A stretch of 64,000 nucleotides of DNA. Source: Octopus vulgaris. Lineage: Eukaryota. Position 1 is the first letter of the stretch. Each line of letters opens with the position of its first letter. A model generated the notes under the pieces. That model saw only the letters and a list, made by a program, of their open reading frames with translations. It had not been told where the DNA came from and ran no database searches. Positions 13,289 to 27,068 of this stretch are shown piece after piece. The translations under genes were made by a program, and so were the position numbers. Location of the stretch: the NCBI GenBank assembly GCA_951406725.2, contig OX597839.1:37324001-37388000 (forward strand), read 5' to 3'.

Positions 13289-16200
13289 CATAGAAAGATA
13301 TATAGATGAGCTTTAAATAGATTGCAGGTGAACAGCTGACAAAGGTCTCATTTGAAAACAATTGGAAAAACAATTAGATTCATAAGCACTAACACTTTGC
13401 TAGGTTCTATCCAAGTTTTATTCAATTACATGTCAAAATATACACAAAAGACTGAACTTTATTATTATAGTGATAATAATAATAATAAATATGTTAACCC
13501 TATTCACTGTGAGGAGTAAAGTGTGAGACTGTTTGGCTTACACAAAAGGTCATCAAGTACATTATAAACACTGTCAACATATTCAAGATGTGAAGAATTA
13601 CTCGTTAAAAAAATTACATAAAAAATAAATCTAATTAGTAAAAAAAAAAAGTAAAAATTAGAAGAAAAAAAAACAATAATTGATGCATTAATAATAAGTT
13701 TCAAATTTTGGTACAAAGCCAGCAATTTTAGGGGAAGTGGGGGGTTTAATCAATTATATCAACCCCAGTGCTCAACTGGTACTTATTTATCGACCCTGAA
13801 AGGATGAATGGTAAAGTCGACCTCGGCAGAATTTGATCTCTGAACATGAAGATCTGGAAGAAATGCCACTTGACATTTTGTCCAGAGTGCTAACAATTCA
13901 GCCATCTTGCTGCCTGACATTAATTAATAAGGAATTTGATAAAAACAAAAACTGGATGCACACCAAACAATAAACATCATTTAAAAGAAATGTAAATCAG
14001 AAATTAGGGGGAAAAAATCATTCTACGTTGGTATACACTGAATACAATCATTTTCTCTATCTCATGTCATCTATGAAACGAGATATTTAGAGATCTAATC
14101 TCATCAATTTCGTGGTTGTTTGTGCAACCCAACCCAACCCACTATCTTTTGCATTCTTCACACACACACACACACACAAAACATGGCAGGTATCCTCTCT
14201 CCCTTTCACTCACCAATATCAATACTTCTTTCACATACTTGAAGGTCAAACAATACATTTTTAAGGAGGGGCTCCTGTTTCAGATAAAGTTTTTTATGTG
14301 CGTGTGATTTGTGCATGCTACCACTGCACATGTGCAATGAAACTTTACACAGGTGTGCCCAAAACCACGAAGCCATACAGGTGCATCAGAATGAAATGTA
14401 CATTTTGGGTTTGGTTAAATCTTAAGGGTCTGTCAAAAGCCCTAAGACTCACAAGAACGGGGCTTCACTTGGCTTCCATGGCAAATAAAAGATTGAAATT
14501 ATATCAGTCCCACTTGAATGGGACCAGTCTGTGGAGTGGACTGGAGCAACATGAAAAAGCGTTTTGCTCAAGAACATAACATGCTGCCCAACCTGGGAAT
14601 TGAAACCATGACCTTACGACCATGAGTACAACACCTTAAACCATTAGGCTACTAGGTTAACATAATACAGAAAATAAAGTTCTGTTTTGGCAATGCAGGA
14701 GAAAATACTTTAGATGGTAGGGGATGATTGTTGAGGGAGGTTTTGGCTGCTATTTCAAGCAGCTTCAGCAAAGGCATAGAAACTCCTTCATTGATTGGTT
14801 GTTCGATGTACTGGGAGAAATGGCGTGAAGTGGGTGAATCATCAAACGAGAGGGAGGAAGTTAATTAAAAGAATAGTTGTGTGTGTTAGAGTAAAGCCGG
14901 GAGGGACGGGTGTTACATAAATACAAGGTGGGTGACATGAGAAAAATGTGCCAATTGCAAATTGATAGTGGAAAGACATGGAATGAAAGCCAAGACATCA
15001 CTATGAAGGGAATCATAGTGCTACCCTTGCTGTCCCATGAACATGGAAGATAAAAAAAAAGAAAACAAATGGTGAACAAATTAAATAATGATTTCCTAAA
15101 CACAAGGCAAAGACTGTTGAGAGAGAGCCATTTGGTGGCTCAGTCATTGATGACACCTTGTAAATGAAATTTAATACAGCCTGCTCAAGCTGAGCTGATC
15201 CAAAGCCATATACACACTCTATACACAAAGACAAACTTGGACCCTGACAGGATCTGAACAACAAAAAAATCAATTTAAAAATACACAACAGAAAACCATT
15301 TTTTTTTTTTTGTCTTTTCCAGCAATAAAGAGGACAGTCAAAGATTTATTACTATTATTGTTATTAATAATGATGGTGTTCAAATACATATTTCAAAGTC
15401 AGGAAAAGTAAGCAAAATAGCTATTTTTTTATTGTGATGAACAGAAATTACAGGTAATATTAATACTGTTGTATTTGAGGAGATATTTAGATATCTATGA
15501 ATATCTTATAAGATATACAGATATATACCTGTAGATAACATATACAAGATATATATCTATGGATGTGAGATATCTACTTGCAAATATCATACAAGATATA
15601 GAGATATCAACCTGCAGATATACAACATAGTTATATATATATCTGTAGGTATCTTATACAAGATACAGATATCTTCAGATATCTTACAAGGGATATCTCT
15701 AGGAGAGATTCTTAAACAAAGAAAGAAAAACTGTGAAAATGCCAAAAAAAAAAGCATAATAATAATAAATAGACAAGTCAAAGGAAAATAAATTTGGTGA
15801 GTTAGTTATAAATAGTTTAAATATAAAAAAAGGGTGACATTTTTTCTCCTTCTGGTTATTTTCAATCACCAGTTGTTTTGTTTTTTTTCGTAAAAATTTC
15901 ATCACTGTTATTTATTTGATGAGCAAAAATAATTACACTTTAACATGACTAGAGCAATAATTATCATTAATTAATTAATTAATTGTGAGGTTTCAAAAAA
16001 GATTGATTGCAGAGAAATACTGTGAATTAACTCTCAAAACTTAAAAAATTTTTAAATGATAAAAAAAATATAGAGAAAAGTAATTTCTGTTGGTTGATCA
16101 AATTTTAATTATAAAAAAAGGAAAATAAATTTCACACACTTTTTTTTAAAAAAATCATAAATTGAAATTGTAGAAACAAAAAAAATATATAATAATACTG

Positions 16201-16640
16201 TCCCATTATCTTTTTTTTTTCGTTTTTTTTTTTTTTGCCACAATTTTGCAGTTGGGATCTAAAACATCACCACCACATCAGATCTATCCATTATTCAAAG
16301 AGAGTAAACACACACACACACAAAATAACAGTAATGCCACTAAAATAGACTCAATAGATTGAAGTAATATTAGTTATAGTAGTTGTATAGTGTGCCCAGA
16401 CAACACTATATAATACTTGTGTGGTTGTATTTATATGAAACAAGTGACACATGGTGGCCACCACTATCGAACTGCTTTCAATATATATTCTTCCCAAGAA
16501 TATCAAACTGAATTAACATTATCAGCTTTCTCAGTTACCAATTTCACTTTTATTGCATAATTTTATTTTCTCCAAACGAATTTCAACAAAAATCTAATTC
16601 CAACAATTAAATTTTAATTAATTAAAACCAAGTGTCAAAA

Positions 16641-16673
<33 letters not shown>

Positions 16674-17637
16674 ATTTGGCTTATTAGGGATAGATCATAC
16701 CTTTAAAAGGGTCACTTTGTTTTTTTGTTGTTTTTGTTTTTTTCAATTTTCTTTATAAGGAAGAGCAAGAAGCAGGATGTTGTAACATTCACACCTATCC
16801 TCATCATCCCAGACCCCAAATACAATTGTGGCATAAATTAAAGAGATAGGGACTTTGAGCTGGGATTGAAACTTGAGTGGGAGCTTATACCATTTTTATG
16901 GAAACATTTGCAAAAGAGCAGGGCTCCCTATTTGTGTGCTCTTAAAAAGAGAAAAAAAACCACTCTCATTTTTTTTATCTGAGTATTTTAAAGAATCAAG
17001 GAAGCACTGATGTGGATATTATAATAAAGATAGCAATTCAGATCATAATTTGAGGGGAGGGGGAGAGTTTAAAAATAAAATCAAAAAGTGGGGTGTGTGA
17101 GAGAAAGAGTAGAAAATTCAGAAACTTATGCTCTTTCAATGTGAATTCCACCAAGGAAATTATCAGGGGTTTGTTTTATTTTATTTTATTATTTTTTTTT
17201 GTTTAATATATTTATCAGATATCAAGCAAATGAAGGCACAAGAAAGACGATTGGTCCAAGAAAGACAATTGGTCCAAAGAGTCTAAATTTTGGTAGGTAT
17301 TTACTAATAACACAAGCAGTCCTCCAGATGTCCCATTCCACTTTAGTCTCTATGAGTTCTAAGGTTTTTAAACTAAATTCTAAGTTTACGGCAATGTGTG
17401 TATTCTTCCCCTGACAGCTCTCCAGACTTTGCTTGACTCTCATTCGTATTCCTCAAACTTTTCAAAGTCCGAGGAATATGAAAGATCAAACAATTGAGTT
17501 TTTGAGACTGCCAAATAATAACTGCTTTTACTGTTTACAAAGATCTACATCTCTCCCTACGACCCCTACCCCCACCAAACAAAAAAAAATCCACTGATTC
17601 TTTGTTTGTGATACAACAAATAAGAATCCAAGATATT

Positions 17638-17816
17638 TTAACCCTTTTGATACCAATCCACATGAGACCATCCCTGGTTCTACAATGCAAACTTCCTGTT
17701 TTAATGTGAACTGAACCAAAACCTTCCATGAAAATTTCATGTTAATTTAACGTTCCGAACACAAGTTTAATAAAGTTATTTTACTGAATAACAAAAATAT
17801 GGTAACAAAAGGGTTA
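17638..17816. mobile_element. Second TTAA-CCC MITE family
   Basis: ttaacccttttgatacc...ggtaacaaaagggtta inverted termini. Related copies at ~18604-18972 and 52630-53090. Confidence 0.6.
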
Positions 17817-20800
17817 GCGCAACCTAAGCTAAAAACCTACCATCAACATTTCCTGTTATGTTAAACACTTGTTTAATAATGAGTTGCTTCACTAAATACT
17901 TCGCTTTTTTTTTTTTTTTAATTAACTGAAACATAAGCAGTTATATTTCAACAGAAATAATCAAATGAAAGGACTAAACTCCTCTCCTATAAACTGCTGA
18001 CTACTTCAATCTAGAAAGAGAAGGGAGGAAAAAAATGCATTTGCATATAAAGAATGTAAATGTGGAGATGTAAGAAAAATAGGTGTGTATTAAAAGAAGG
18101 AAAAGTGCTTGAAACGATTGTTCAAATCTAAACATGGGAGCAGTGTTGGGTTCTTTTTGTTTTTTAATCTCACTTCCTTTCTATTTCCATCCTAAACAAT
18201 CCATTTGCCAGTTTTACACTAATCTACAGAACTGTATTCTTGTAACCCACCATTCTTAATAACCTGCATCATACCACCTTTGGGTTTTTTTACACAATAC
18301 AAAAACTGTCCAGTTATTTTTTTCGTTTGTTAAAAAAGTGTTTATTTTTAAAAAATTTCATCCTCCTATCTTAATTTTAAGTCTGAAACTTCCATTTATG
18401 TTCCAAACAACAGCTTATTTTACTAAAGTATTGCAAAGTCCATGATTATTTTTAATATAAATTGGAAACATGGAGAAGCAGGGTATTTCATCAGAAAAAT
18501 TGGTGAGGAATAGGTGAAAGAAAGTCTATAGAATTATTATAGAAAAGGATATAAAGATAATATTTCATTGTTTAGGTTGGTAAATGCTTTGGTCTGTCCA
18601 TGATTTAACCATTTCATACTAACCCCACCTGAAACTGCCCCCCCCCGTTTCCATACAAACTTTCTGTTTTAAAGTGAACAAAATTAAAGTCTTCCATCAA
18701 AAATTTCCTGTTAATTAATGCTCCAAACACTGGCTTAATAATGGCATTTAACTAAATAAATTCATTATTCTCAAAATTAATTACAACAGAAGCAGTCACT
18801 TAGCGGTTCGGCAAAAGAGACCGATTGAATAAGTACTGGGCTTACAAAGAATAAGTCCCGGGTCGATTTGCTTGACTAAAGGTGGTGCTCCAGCATGGCC
18901 ACAGTCAAATGACTGAAACAAGTTAAAGAATTAAAGAATATCTAAACAGAAATATGGTAAGAAAAGGGCTAAGAACAAAGAGAACAAGTTGAAGAATTAC
19001 TAATACTGATGGTATAAGTTGGACAGTAGAACTCAACACAGAATTAATGAATTACTGTAATAATACTGGATATTATAAGTAATGATAATTTTTAATACAG
19101 ACATAATAACCTATTGTAATAATACTGATACCATAAGTTAGAATGATTTTTTTATGCAATGAACTAACAAGCTATTGTGATAATGCTTAGGTTTTAAGCT
19201 AGAAAAGAATAATTTTTATCGTGGAGAGTGGAAGTTTGGGAGATAAGAACCAACAAGTTATCACAACTCCAAAACAGCCAGTCAAAGAAAAATAAGTAAA
19301 ACAAAATAAATAAAATAAAAATTGTATCTTATTCCTCCTCCTCCTCCTCTTCTTCTTTGACTTGCCTACTTAACCAAGAACGGCGAGAGTTGTATAATGT
19401 TTGTGTGTAGGTGTAAGTGTACGCATGTATGTGTATTTAATGGCTTATAAACCAATGTAAATGGCTTGCTTGTAGCCCTCCTCCCCTTAAAAGTTTCATG
19501 AGAAGAAGTCTATGACAGAAGAACGTTATTTGAATATTACACCACATCAAGCTAGCTCGATGTCTGTACTAGAAGATGGATGGTGGAGGTTTGGTGCAGT
19601 GAAGATGGAGGAGATGGTGGTGGCGGTGGTGGTGTTTTTTTTTTTTTAGTCTTTTTAGACAAGAAACCAGAATTCATTTCACAGATGTCTGCTATCATCT
19701 CTGACAGAGAGGCTGCAGTTTACAGTAAACTAAACTAGCACACTGATCTTTTACATCTACTCAAACCGTTCGCGTACACAACACACACTCCTACCAAAAC
19801 TACTCACAAACTAACAACAGCAACAACACAACTAGGTGAACTCAGAACAAACTACTAGTCTACTAGTATCTCTTCACTTTTAACAGAAATCATTTTTAAC
19901 GACAGTAATTATTTCAACACATCTACATTACTATAATACTATCATTACAATAACATTATTATATATATTATACTAAATTTGCCTCTACCTCAACAAACAA
20001 CAGTGTTATCAAAATTATACAATATATCTATATGGAATATATATTACAATATGTTACGCATATAATACATATGCAATATATTAAAATAATGAGTGACAGG
20101 ACTAAGTCTTGTTTTTTTCCCTTACATATAAATATAGTTTACAACAGAAAAATTTAATCTGCCACATCTGCCTACAAATACACACAACCACACATGTATC
20201 CACCCACCTCCACACACAACCTGTTTTTTTCTTTTTCTTTTTGCTGATCACCCAAAACACTTGGATACATACATAACATTCCCCCCCAGCTTTTATACTT
20301 TTTACGTTATACAGGTAGTGGCTGTAATTAAATTTAAAATTAAAATATTGTTCACTGGCGAGGAAAGATTAGCAGACATAAAAAAGCCTTGCCATTTATA
20401 CCCTCTTGGCTAAAACTAATACAAGTTTGAAAGCAAGTAAACTCAATAACCAATTGAACTTCCAAGTCACAACAAAAGGTTGTTGACAAAAGAAAATCCT
20501 ACCAAATTTAGCCATTGTTCAGTGCAACAATTAACAAAATTCAACCATTATGCAGACATCACTAACCTGGGCAGTTTTTACATATACATTTCAGAACTAA
20601 AATGTGTATGTGTGATGCTTTGTAAGTGGAATGGATTCCCCGAACAGGTAGGGCTTACAAATAGATTACAGAGGGACCATTTCAACTAACAAAGCCCAAA
20701 GAAAGAGAGAGTGAGAGAGAGTATTGAAGAGCAAATTACCAAAAAATTTAGCTTTTTTATAAAGTCATATAAGGGTGTGTGCTTTTTTTTTTTCTTTCTT

Positions 20801-21232
20801 TGATTTATAAATAGAATTTCAAAGTCATCAACAAGTATTTGGCCAGCAAAACTTCCCCTTTCTTCGTTCAACAGAGTATCTAGCACTAAATTGAAACTGT
20901 GACCAGTCAGTTCGACACTGGACATTAAGAAACTACAGTGAAAAACTTTCACAATCTTAATACATTTTTTTTTATATATATATCATATATATAAAAACAC
21001 ATGCACACACAATGCTTTGTGGACCTATGTATATATGCATGTATACATACCAAGCAAGTGTGATAAATATAAACAATCACTTGACACTTCTTGTATTCAC
21101 AGGTATCCTTTATATACGTATATTTTCAATGTATGTATATTTAATAAATGTGTCATGTATGTATGCGTGTATATGTCTATGTATTATGTTATATATATGA
21201 ATGCATATTGTGTATGTATGTGTGTTATATAC

Positions 21233-21265
<33 letters not shown>

Positions 21266-21613
21266 TATAATTTAGAACAAACAGTAAAAAGTTATTATAG
21301 TACTCGGGGTTTCAAATGGAGCGAAGGGCTACAGTACATTCTCCTTGGCCATAATGACAAACTTTTACTGTTTCTTCCAAATTATAACATATATAAATAA
21401 TCCTCTATTTCTCTAATATCGAAGTCTCATTCTTTTCTTGTTACATTTTATTATTTATATTTGTGTACATAAATTTATATATATATATATAAATGTGCGT
21501 GTGTGTGTGTATATTTATATTTGTGTGTTATATGTATATATTTATATATCAAAGGATGCTCACTGAGAAGAAAAAATCCGGTGTCAAAACATGCTGCAAT
21601 GTTAATATCATTA

Positions 21614-22390
21614 TTATTCACTGTCTTCTGGGACTTTGTATCCGTCTGGCATCGACACATCATACTGGGGTTCACCATCAATACAGTAAATCCTTTTCTT
21701 TTCCTCGGATAATAGTGGTGTTTCTGATTTACAACTCCAGTGGTAAACAATTTCCTGGTCGCTAGGCAAGGAGACCTGGAAAATAGGCTCCTTGTAGGCC
21801 TTCCACAGGTACCTCCAGATGCCGGTCATGGTGGAAGGGATGTGGAAATCTTTGAAAGCCAGTGCTGCTACTCGGATGTGCTGAAGCTTGGGTAACATCA
21901 AACAGTCGAGGTGGGTCAGTTTGTCTCCGCAGAGAAACTTGTTGCCGGAATCTACCATGTGGTCACTGACACGCCACAGCTCTGAGATGAGGTGGTCGGG
22001 AGAAGTGCTTACCTGTTTGATGTAGTGAGCAAATTTAGAGAAGACGTCTAAACACACAGTATGAGCCCTCCGGTCCGAGTACGATAGATCGGGTTCAGGG
22101 AAATTCTTGTCGATGTAGTTGATGATTTCTTCATTCTCTGTCAACACTTCGTCACCGTGTTTCAAAACAGGCAGTCGGTTGGCATGTTTGCGAAACTCTG
22201 CCGGTGGCCGGCCAGGGTCGATGACTACAACTTCGAACAACTTGCCATCGTATTCTTGTCCCTTCAGTGCCAGGATCATGTGGATCTGTTGACAGAACGG
22301 ACAGGCGCCGAATCCTTGGCCAGCTTGCCCGGCCTTCACATAAAGGGTGAGTTCGGGTCCCGGAGTACTGTGGTGGTTCGTTTCTGTCAT
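21614..22390 (-). CDS. CLIC: Chloride intracellular channel (CLIC / EXC-4-like, GST-omega fold), 258 aa, single coding exon
   Basis: The protein has the CLIC hallmarks LYVKAG, GACPFCQ, P-V-L..G (thioredoxin-like domain), FLCGDKLTHLDCLMLPKLQHIRVA, IP..MTGIWRYL and PSDQEI. An in-frame TAA two codons upstream of the ATG fixes the start. A splice acceptor (ttttctctgctccacAG) at 22644-22645 bounds the exon upstream. Confidence 0.95.
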   Translation of the reverse strand: MTETNHHSTPGPELTLYVKAGQAGQGFGACPFCQQIHMILALKGQEYDGKLFEVVVIDPGRPPAEFRKHANRLPVLKHGDEVLTENEEIINYIDKNFPEPDLSYSDRRAHTVCLDVFSKFAHYIKQVSTSPDHLISELWRVSDHMVDSGNKFLCGDKLTHLDCLMLPKLQHIRVAALAFKDFHIPSTMTGIWRYLWKAYKEPIFQVSLPSDQEIVYHWSCKSETPLLSEEKKRIYCIDGEPQYDVSMPDGYKVPEDSE

Positions 22391-22643
22391 TGTAAATTAC
22401 GCAGCAGTTGTAGCAGCAGTAACCGTCAGAGCAGGTTGTGTTGAAGCAGTGACGAGGTGTGTTGAGAGAGAGAGAGAGAGAGCAGTAGTAGTAGTAGTAG
22501 TAGTAGTAGTAGCACTAATATTAGGTGGTGATGGTGGTGGCAGTAGCAGTAGTTGTAGTGATGGTGGTGGTGGTGGTGGTGGTAGGACAAGTAGAGGAGA
22601 GTTTCAGTCTTAAGTGTCTGAAAACGTTTACTTCAGGAACAAC
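22391..22643 (-). other. 5' UTR portion of the CLIC coding exon, containing (CCA)n, (CTA)n and (CT)n microsatellites
   Basis: Lies between a pyrimidine-rich acceptor AG (22644-22645) and the CLIC ATG. Confidence 0.6.
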
Positions 22644-24054
22644 CTGTGGAGCAGAGAAAATCCAAGTCAGTCAGTCTTTCCTTTTTTTTAACCAGTCTGT
22701 AATAAGTTAACTCATTCAACAACAGCACCAAAATAACAGACACACAGACAGACTACTATTACACAGGTTGAGCTAATGACCCACAAAACACCGTGAGCAA
22801 CATCTATACAGGGCAGCTCAACCCATCACAGGCACTAGGCATGCTAACTCTAAAACAAAAAGTAAATAAAAACAAAATAAAAAAATATTAAAAAAAAAAA
22901 AAAAAAATAAAGTTTTTTCTTACAAGGACCACATACAGCTTTGCATGACCAACACACCACCCAGCACCACTTCAGGCTCAGAAAAATAACTTCAGCTCTT
23001 AAAAACAAAAAATATCTACCCCTAATACAAACTTCACACTAAAAAAAAAAATCACTGCATCTACATCACACACCATCCATCCACCCCTCAGGATTCAGAC
23101 TGCACCCAATATAAAAAACCAAAAAAAAAAAAACAAAAAGAAACCATTCACCTGATAACCAAGGGTTAAACAACTGATCTACTGTCAACTCTTTCTTTCT
23201 CTTTCTCTTTCTCTCTCTCTCTCCAAAAAAAAAAAAAAAAAAAAGGTCTCTGCTCCTCTCAAACACTACTGCCATCACCACCATTTGATCCTGCTACTGC
23301 TTTTCCTCTGTCTGTGGTGTATGTTTTTTGTTTCATTACTCCAGAACAATTCAAACTAGAATTTAGCGCCTAGATACAGTTAACCTCAAAATTCTCCTAA
23401 TCCTGTCTGTTTAAAAGGGACAGAGAGAACTATGGCTGGCGATTTTCTTCGTCAGACTAGTATGGCATCAATATGTAATGTAATAGTAGTAATAGTAGTA
23501 GTAATAGCAGCAGTAAGAAGAAATAAATGCATTTAATTGCAGTACTTATAATGAAATCATTAATGGCAGAGTAATAATGACAATTCTACCATAGGGACAA
23601 GGCCCGAAATTTTGGGGGAGGGAGTTAAGTCAATTTCATCAACCTCAGTGCTTAACTGGTACTTATTTTGACCCCTGGAAGAATGAAAGGGAAAGCTGAC
23701 CTTGGTGGAATAGGAACTTAATGTAAAGAACTAGATGAAATGCTGCTAAGCATTTTGTCTGACGCGCTTGTTGTGTTCAAAAATAACTGTTTCAAATTTT
23801 GAAACAAGACTGGCAAATTTTGTAAGCCTAGTACTTATTCTATCGGTCTCTTTTGCTAAGTGACGGGGACATAAACACACCAGCATCGGTTGTCAAGCAA
23901 TGCTAGGGAGACAAACAATTACACTGACCTCGGTATATGAACTAATATTTTACTGATTCTGAAAGGATAAACAGTAAAGGTGACCACCACTGGGAACTGA
24001 ACCCAGAAAGGAAAGGGCCAGAAAAAAAAAATATCACAAAGCATTTTTGCCAGG

Positions 24055-24450
24055 CATAGGAGTGGCCGTGTGGTAAGTAGCTTGCTTACCAACCACATGG
24101 TTCCGGGTTCAGTCCCACTGCGTGGCACCTTGGGTAAGTGTCTTCTACTATAGCCTCGGGCCGACCAAAGCCTTGTGAGTGGATTTGGTAGACGGAAACT
24201 GAAAGAAGCCCATCGTATATATGTATGTATGTGTATGTGTGTGTGTGTGTGTTTATGTGTCTGTGTTTGTCCCCACTAACATTGCTTGACAACCGATGCT
24301 GGTGTGTTTATGCCCCCATAACTCAGCGGTTCAGCAAAAGAGACCGATAGAATAAATATTAGGCTTACAAAGCCTAAGTCCTGGGGTCAATTTGCTCGAT
24401 TAAAGGCGGTGCTCCAGCATGGCCACAGTCAAATCAATGAAACGAGTAAA
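24055..24450 (+). mobile_element. SINE family B
   Basis: Full-length copy with A-rich tail. Confidence 0.85.
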
Positions 24451-25014
24451 AAAAAAAAAAAGAAGAGAAAAAAGATGCTTTAATGATTCTGCCAGTTTGG
24501 CCCCCCTATAACTATAATTAGAGTTATTTAACAATAAATATAATTCCAAGTAGGGAACAGGCCCATGGAAAGCAGCAATTGTTTAAAATCAACCCCAAGG
24601 CATAACTGGTACTTAACTAACTCCAGAAGTCAATATTAACTTCAATGCAAGTTCAAACTGTAAAGGGACGTAACTAAATACCATACATTTAATCTGTTAC
24701 TTCAATTCCGACAAGATGATAATAACAACAATGGTTTCTTACATGTACAGGGACACATTTAACCAGTCCCAGGATTTGACTTTATTGATTAACCCCAGTT
24801 TCATTTGAACACAACAAAAAAGATGCAATATAATAAAAGCAATGCATTTAATTCATTGTTATACAGAAACTGCCAGTCAATAATAACAATAATAATAATA
24901 ATAATAATAATAATGGTTTCAAATTTTGGCACAAATAATAATTGTCTAGAAATAGTAGTAGTAGCAGAAGGGAGAACCAATATGAGATGGAGGTATCTGT
25001 AAGTGGACAGGAAA

Positions 25015-27068
25015 GATCATAAGATGTGATGTGTTTCTGTAATAGGGAAGGAAAGGTCATAAGATGCTTCTCTGTATTGGTGCAAGTGAGATGTGTGTTC
25101 GTAACAGTGCAGGGGACATCATAAAATGAGCCCATGATAATGCAGGAGAGATCATAAGATGTGATGTGTTTCTGTAATAGGGAAGGAAAGGTCATAAGAT
25201 GCTTCTCTGTATTGGTGCAAGGGAGATGTGTGTTGGTAACAGTGCAGGGGACATCATAAAATGAGCCCATGATAATGCAGGAGAGATCATAAGATGTGAT
25301 GTGTTTCTGTAATAGGGAAGGAAAGGTCATAAGATGCTTCTCTGTATTGGTGCAAGTGAGATGTGTGTTGGTAACAGTGCAGGGGACATCATAAAATGAG
25401 CCCATGATAATGCAGGAGAGATCATAAGATGTGATGTGTTTCTGTAATAGGGAAGGAAAGGTCATAAGATGCTTGCTTCTCTGTATTGGTGCAAGTGAGA
25501 TGTGTGTTGGTAGCAGTGCAGGGGACATCATAAAATGAGCCCATGATAATGCAGGAGAGATCATAAGATGTGATGTGTTTCTGTAATAGGGAAGGAAATG
25601 TCATAAGATGCTTCTCTGTATTGGTGCAAGGGAGATGTGTGTTGGTAACAGTGCAGGAGACATCATAAAATGAGCCCATGATAATGCAGGAGAGATCATA
25701 AGATGTGATGTGTTTCTGTAATAGGGAAGGAAAGGTCATAAGATGCTTGCTTCTCTGTATTGGTGCAAGTGAGATGTGTGTTGGTAGCAGTGCAGGGGAC
25801 ATCATAAAATGAGCCCATGATAATGCAGGAGAGATCATAAGATGTGATGTGTTTCTGTAATAGGGAAGGAAAGGTCATAAGATGCTTCTCTGTATTGGTG
25901 CAAGGGAGATGTGTGTTGGTAACAGTGCAGGGGACATCATAAAATGAGCCCATGATAATGCAGGAGAGATCATAAGATGTGATGTGTTTCTGTAATAGGG
26001 AAGGAAAGGTCATAAGATGCTTGCTTCTCTGTATTGGTGCAAGTGAGATGTGTGTTGGTAGCAGTGCAGGGGACATCATAAAATGAGCCCATGATAATGC
26101 AGGAGAGATCATAAGATGTGATGTGTTTCTGTAATAGGGAAGGAAAGGTCATAAGATGCTTCTCTGTATTGGTGCAAGTGAGATGTGTGTTCGTAACAGT
26201 GCAGGGGACATCATAAAATGAGCCCATGATAATGCAGGAGAGATCATAAGATGTGATGTGTTTCTGTAATAGGGAAGGAAAGGTCATAAGATGCTTCTCT
26301 GTATTGGTGCAAGGGAGATGTGTGTTGGTAACAGTGCAGGGGACATCATAAAATGAGCCCATGATAATGCAGGAGAGATCATAAGATGTGATGTGTTTCT
26401 GTAATAGGGAAGGAAAGGTCATAAGATGCTTGCTTCTCTGTATTGGTGCAAGTGAGATGTGTGTTGGTAGCAGTGCAGGGGACATCATAAAATGAGCCCA
26501 TGATAATGCAGGAGAGATCATAAGATGTGATGTGTTTCTGTAATAGGGAAGGAAAGGTCATAAGATGCTTGCTTCTCTGTATTGGTGCAAGTGAGATGTG
26601 TGTTGGTAGCAGTGCAGGGGACATCATAAAATGAGCCCATGATAATGCAGGAGAGATCATAAGATGTGATGTGTTTCTGTAATAGGGAAGGAAAGGTTAT
26701 AAGATGCTTCTCTGTATTGGTGCAAGTGAGATGTGTGTTCGTAACAGTGCAGGGGACATCATAAAATGAGCCCATGATAATGCAGGAGAGATCATAAGAT
26801 GTGATGTGTTTCTGTAATAGGGAAGGAAAGGTCATAAGATGCTTCTCTGTATTGGTGCAAGTGAGATGTGTGTTCGTAACAGTGCAGGAGACATCATAAA
26901 ATGAGCCCATGATAATGCAGGAGAGATCATAAGATGTGATGTGTTTCTGTAATAGGGAAGGAAAGGTCATAAGATGCTTCTCTGTATTGGTGCAAGTGAG
27001 ATGTGTGTTGGTAACAGTGCAGGGGACATCATAAAATGAGCCCATGATAATGCAGGAGAGATCATAAG
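25015..27068. repeat. Tandem satellite, 15 units of 135/139 bp
   Basis: Unit begins gatcataagatgtgatgtgtttctgtaatagggaagg. The 139-bp variant has a GCTT duplication. Copies are near-identical. Confidence 0.97.

Noticed and set aside
24848-27045. Repetitive ORFs up to 238 aa on the minus strand
   Set aside because: A by-product of the 135-bp (multiple of 3) satellite, broken by every 139-bp unit. No domain similarity.
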